Assembly (NCBI GenBank): GCA_032718475.1
Contig: JAUCBJ010005043.1
Location: 1-64,000, forward strand
Source: Nemertoderma westbladi
Taxonomy: Eukaryota; Animalia; Xenacoelomorpha
DNA length: 64,000 nucleotides
Direction: 5' to 3'
Under the pieces are notes generated by a model, which was not told the DNA's origin, searched no databases, and saw nothing but the letters and a program-made list of their open reading frames with translations. Position 1 is the first letter of the stretch, and every line of letters starts with the position of its first letter. The position numbers were made by a program, and so were the translations under genes. Below are positions 60,778 through 64,000 of this stretch, piece by piece.

Positions 60778-62707
60778 GGCCGGTTGATATTTTTCGCTAT
60801 GGAGAGCATTATCATATTGCCTCTTTACATTATATATTTAAAATATCTTCTTTTGCAAGATTAATACGCTCTTGAAGTAAAATAACATCATCATTAAATA
60901 ATCCTGTTAGAGTGGCAGAAGCTCTCGTCGACCTAACAGAATTACAATTATATGAGGGTGGCCATATTATTAGTGTTAAGAAATCCTTAAAAAAACATAT
61001 ATAAAATACATATAAATATACAATATAAATATACATGCATATAAATACAGGGAAAACTCAATAATAAAAAAATACAGATGTGTCAATGAAATTTAGGCCC
61101 TATATACCTTTCATTGTGAGTAGGCCTAGGCCTACTGAGTACCGGTACAATACTTAAACTGCAAGGCTCTCACTGTTTCCTGATGCTTCATACTGATTTT
61201 TATTACTATCATCGTTTCCAGTATAGGCCCCTATGGTGTTCGTCATTCCCACCTTTTTTATACGCATCCAGGAAATATGCCTGGGCTTTTGCCTCTCCGG
61301 TAAAAATCATTCTCTGTTAGACGAACTAACTTTGTATGATTTGCTTTTCTTTAGATTCATTCTCTTTACAAAGGTGCACCCAATTTATTATTTCTTTTCA
61401 CCCATTTTATAATTATTTTTTGTAAGATGGCTTCACTAGATATCGTAAGTAATACTGAATCTTCGATAAAAAGAAGCCAAGTAAACTATTCAAACTTTAA
61501 AGAACACTTTTTCCCGAAGAATTAGGAAGGTGAGCTATTGTGTCTTTATCGTTAAGTTGAGTTTACTAAACTTTACAAGTCTTCGTTTCATTAAATTTAT
61601 CCTAGGCGTCCGTCGCCCAGCGGGCATTTACATATTTATCCACATACTGGATTCAAGCACAAGTGGGTGTATAAGTTTTTTAAAGCCTTAAGCCTTGCCT
61701 CCATCTTTCGGCTTACCATATTTGGGCAATGAACCATTGCAACGGCTTTCGTCCACCCACCCACGCACAAGCACGTTGTTTGTAAGCTATTGCCTATAGT
61801 TCGTTGAAAATAGTATCTAAAATGTTTTTAGCCAATCACAGTGGAGAAAACTTTTTAATGAATGAATCGAGAAGTTGCTTTCGAGGCACTAGAACCTATC
61901 AGAACGCGTCACTATAATCATTTCGCGTCCTCATAGGTTCAGTAATAGGTATTTTTTTATAAGTTAGGAGGTAATAGCTGAACATACTTCATATTAAACT
62001 TAAATCAATAAATGGCCTACTTAACTTCAGTGAACAGTTAACACAAATGATTGCCTTCATGTTGTTACACACAGCAGATTGGCTGGTTCTACTTGTACAG
62101 TAGCAATGTGCTGGTATTGTTTAATTGAACCTGCCATGAAGGAAACCTATATCCCTGGTAAACTATTGAAGGCTTAATATTAGTTTTGTAGATTATTTTA
62201 ATCATGTGTGGTGTTTCTGTCTGTGGCTGTTTATGGTGGGTTTATTCAAGAAGATTGATTGACTGGTTCGTAATATTTGTAAATATATATTATAGTTAAA
62301 ATTGTAATGTTGGTTGTTGGTGTTTAGGTCATGTGCTGGATGGTTATTGTTTGAGGCACGCCGTTGGCCGTTATCGCATGTTTCGCTAATTACAATATAA
62401 ATCTAACCCTAAATCTTGACCCTCTAATTTTTTGAAATCGCGTACATTAACAGACATTCTGGCCAATAATGGCAATAACGTCCGAAATTCCACAAAATTT
62501 GACTACATTAAGCACTGGTGTACTTTGTGGAGGAGTTCTTTACTTTACACCCTATCCTGCTCAATAAATTACTAATGCGTGCAAAAGTGAATTATTTACA
62601 ATCATTCCGCTTCAATATATATAATGAATATGGTTACATATTTTTAAAATTAATTTAAATATTTTATTATTTTATATTTGAATTTCGGCCGAAAACAAAA
62701 TCCTCAG

Positions 62708-62982
62708 TGCTATAGGAACTGACTGGGTATGTTGCTATAGGAACTGACTGGGTATGTTGCTATAGGAACTGACTGGGTATGTTGCTATAGGAACTGACTG
62801 GGTATGTTGCTATAGGAACTGACTGGGTATGTTGCTATAGGAACTGACTGGGTATGTTGCTATAGGAACTGACTGGGTATGTTGCTATAGGAACTGACTG
62901 GGTATGTTGCTATAGGAACTGACTGGGTATGTTGCTATAGGAACTGACTGGGTATGTTGCCATAGGAACTGACTGGGTATGT
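62708..62982. repeat. 25-bp minisatellite, 11 near-identical copies
   Basis: (tgctataggaactgactgggtatgt)11 with one substitution in the last copy. Confidence 0.97.
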
Positions 62983-63339
62983 TTGAACTTTTGTTTAAAA
63001 TTCTATAATAGCACATTTATTTTTATAAAATGACAGACATAGATTTTGTAAGAGTCCGAGTCCTATTAGACAAACCTATAGAAAGGAGCGATTAAAGTCC
63101 AATAACTTTCTAGATAAGATCGCTATATTTTTCTCCTGTGAGCTATTAACGCCATTGTGTATTACCATAACAAACAGACGTCACTATTATATTTATTTAA
63201 TGCCATTATTGCTATAAAAAATCCCTTATTAAATTCCTTAATACCGGTAATTATAATAATTGATTTACTTTATTAATGCAACTTCATATGTAATAAGCAA
63301 CTTGTAATAATTTATTGTTGAACTCCCTAATCTATCATC

Positions 63340-63505
63340 ATGCAACTATACGGACCGTCTTCTACTGTTTATTTGCTGGGTATATTATTCGTCGCCTTTA
63401 TGTCGCCTACATTACAGTTGAACAACGAAACCACCTCAGATTCAACGACTACTTCAGAAACAGTATCATCTACTACAACGGCTCTGTTAGAGTCAACGAT
63501 ACATG
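63340..63505 (+). CDS. Probable first coding exon of a secreted or membrane mucin-like protein
   Basis: ATG frame MQLYGPSSTVYLLGILFVAFMSPTLQ (signal-like), then NET sequon and S/T-rich TTSDSTTTSETVSSTTT, ending at a G|GTAGGT phase-1 donor. Confidence 0.55.
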
Positions 63506-64000
63506 GTAGGTCTAACTAGGCGTTAACACTACAAAATCAAAAGACAAAATAACTATATACGTCATTGTTCATAAAATAGCACTTTATAGCGTTACGGCAT
63601 GGCACGAGTGATTTTGTTTAATTATTATTAACTATTATTATTTATTATATTATTAATTAATTTATTAAAGAATAGAACGAGGGCCGTAAAAGCTTTAAAT
63701 GTGCTAATTATAAACAATGGCGAATCTAATTATATTTATTTGTGGGGAAATTATTTGTAGTTTTGCACTTAAACTTTCTAGAACGCACCAATAATGACGC
63801 GGTGACATACTGGAAGGACATAGTAAAATGTATGGCGTTGGGACCTACTGAGAAATAATGTCCCACTGCGATGTAAAGTTAGGAAATAATGTCGCCCTGG
63901 CGATTTGGTAGTGCGAAATTAATTCCGTACAAATACACCATGACACGTAGGTAATACAGTGTCATTTTCTGATGACACGGACCCCCCCCCCCCCCCCCCC

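Noticed and set aside
62708-62982. CRISPR array
   Set aside because: Contiguous 25-bp units with no spacers.

Overview
Eukaryotic, repeat-rich, probably invertebrate genomic DNA. The dominant feature is a nest of mobile elements whose boundaries can be read to the base. A decayed Gypsy (Mag-like) LTR retrotransposon (25542-57344, TSD TATAT) has its gag ORF split by a full-length Maverick/Polinton (26520-54550; AGTAGT termini, 187-bp TIRs, TSD CACCAA). The Maverick carries four head-to-tail non-autonomous Helitrons (43849-53557), and a truncated RTE-like LINE sits in the Gypsy 5' LTR. The Maverick encodes a packaging ATPase, pX-like and core proteins, integrase, two minor capsid proteins, a major capsid protein, an adenain protease and pPolB; several of these have stops or frameshifts. 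It also carries a RING protein, a DEDD-like protein, a PC4-like protein and an apparently intact divergent TATA-binding-protein-like gene. Outside the nest are a GC-rich ORF fusing a DEDDy-like exonuclease to three CCHC knuckles, three intronless host genes (PEX10, ADF/cofilin, MORN3), satellites, a SINE, a foldback MITE, a LINE remnant, two kinds of hammerhead-like repeat and many apparent Tc1/mariner excision footprints. All protein assignments are from motif recognition by eye; no database search was run.
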